This document shows, piece by piece, positions 63,473 through 64,000 of a stretch of 64,000 nucleotides of DNA. A model generated the notes under the pieces. That model made no database searches and was not told where the DNA came from. It worked only from the letters and a program-made list of their open reading frames with translations. Numbering within the stretch: position 1 is the stretch's first letter; the number at the start of each line of letters is the position of its first letter. The translations under genes were made by a program, and so were the position numbers. Source of the DNA: Tubulanus polymorphus (lineage: Eukaryota; Animalia; Nemertea); assembly GCF_964204645.1 (NCBI RefSeq), contig NC_134026.1, forward strand, positions 21,238,150-21,302,149, read 5' to 3'.

Positions 63473-64000
63473 GTAAGTGCGCTGAGTATAAACTAGCAGG
63501 GATTCGAACCGATGGTATGGTTAGAGTCAGCCATGGCACAAACCCTGCCACACTTAGACCAGGTGCGCAGATACGTGGGCAAGTTTTTCGCGAGAAAACG
63601 TGCGGCACCAATCAGATTGCCTGTTCATAATTTTCAAAAATTTCACGGATATACTATAAATGGAAAAAACCCGAGCTAAAATAAAATGGGTTATCTGATT
63701 GGTTGATAATGACATCATCTAAGCTGTGCTCTCATACCATGGTGAGTCTTGATGCCATCTGGTTCAAATCCCAGCCAGGGGGAGGATGATGTAAGCCTGT
63801 TGCACAGTTGACTGATTAGAATCGACTATTTTTAAGCAACTGCTTGGAACTCCGTTTTAGAGTTAATTCAAAGCTTCACTCACTCCGAAGTCCAAATTGC
63901 AATATAGACCAGTGATTAAACTTCAGTTGTTGTTCCAAGTAGTTGAACTAATTTTCAATATTCAAAATTTGAAATTTGTAAAAAAATCAATATTTGAAAA

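Overview
This is eukaryotic (invertebrate animal-like) genomic DNA with spliceosomal introns, so the ORF track mostly shows exon fragments and spurious frames. Hand-splicing gives four conserved genes: MCMBP (-, 15 coding exons), B3GLCT (+, 14 exons, C-terminal HDEL), GLOD4 (-, 10 exons) and the 5' part of HECTD2 (+, runs off the window). A fifth, unusual gene encodes a vWA domain fused to a probable degenerate Effector-of-Transcription-type GIY-YIG domain. Main oddities: (1) an extremely AT-rich ~4.1 kb virus/Polinton-like cassette (31.7-35.8 kb) with three intronless ORFs, two inverted 24-bp repeat arrays and a ~345-bp hairpin; (2) a 2.85-kb TIR element with an 8-bp TSD and an internal ~190-bp array, inserted into the very short MCMBP/B3GLCT bidirectional promoter; (3) two minor-spliceosome (U12) introns. 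Many MITEs, SINEs, an L2 fragment, a 50-bp satellite and a 588-bp tandem duplication are also present. All homology calls come from recalled motifs, not database searches.
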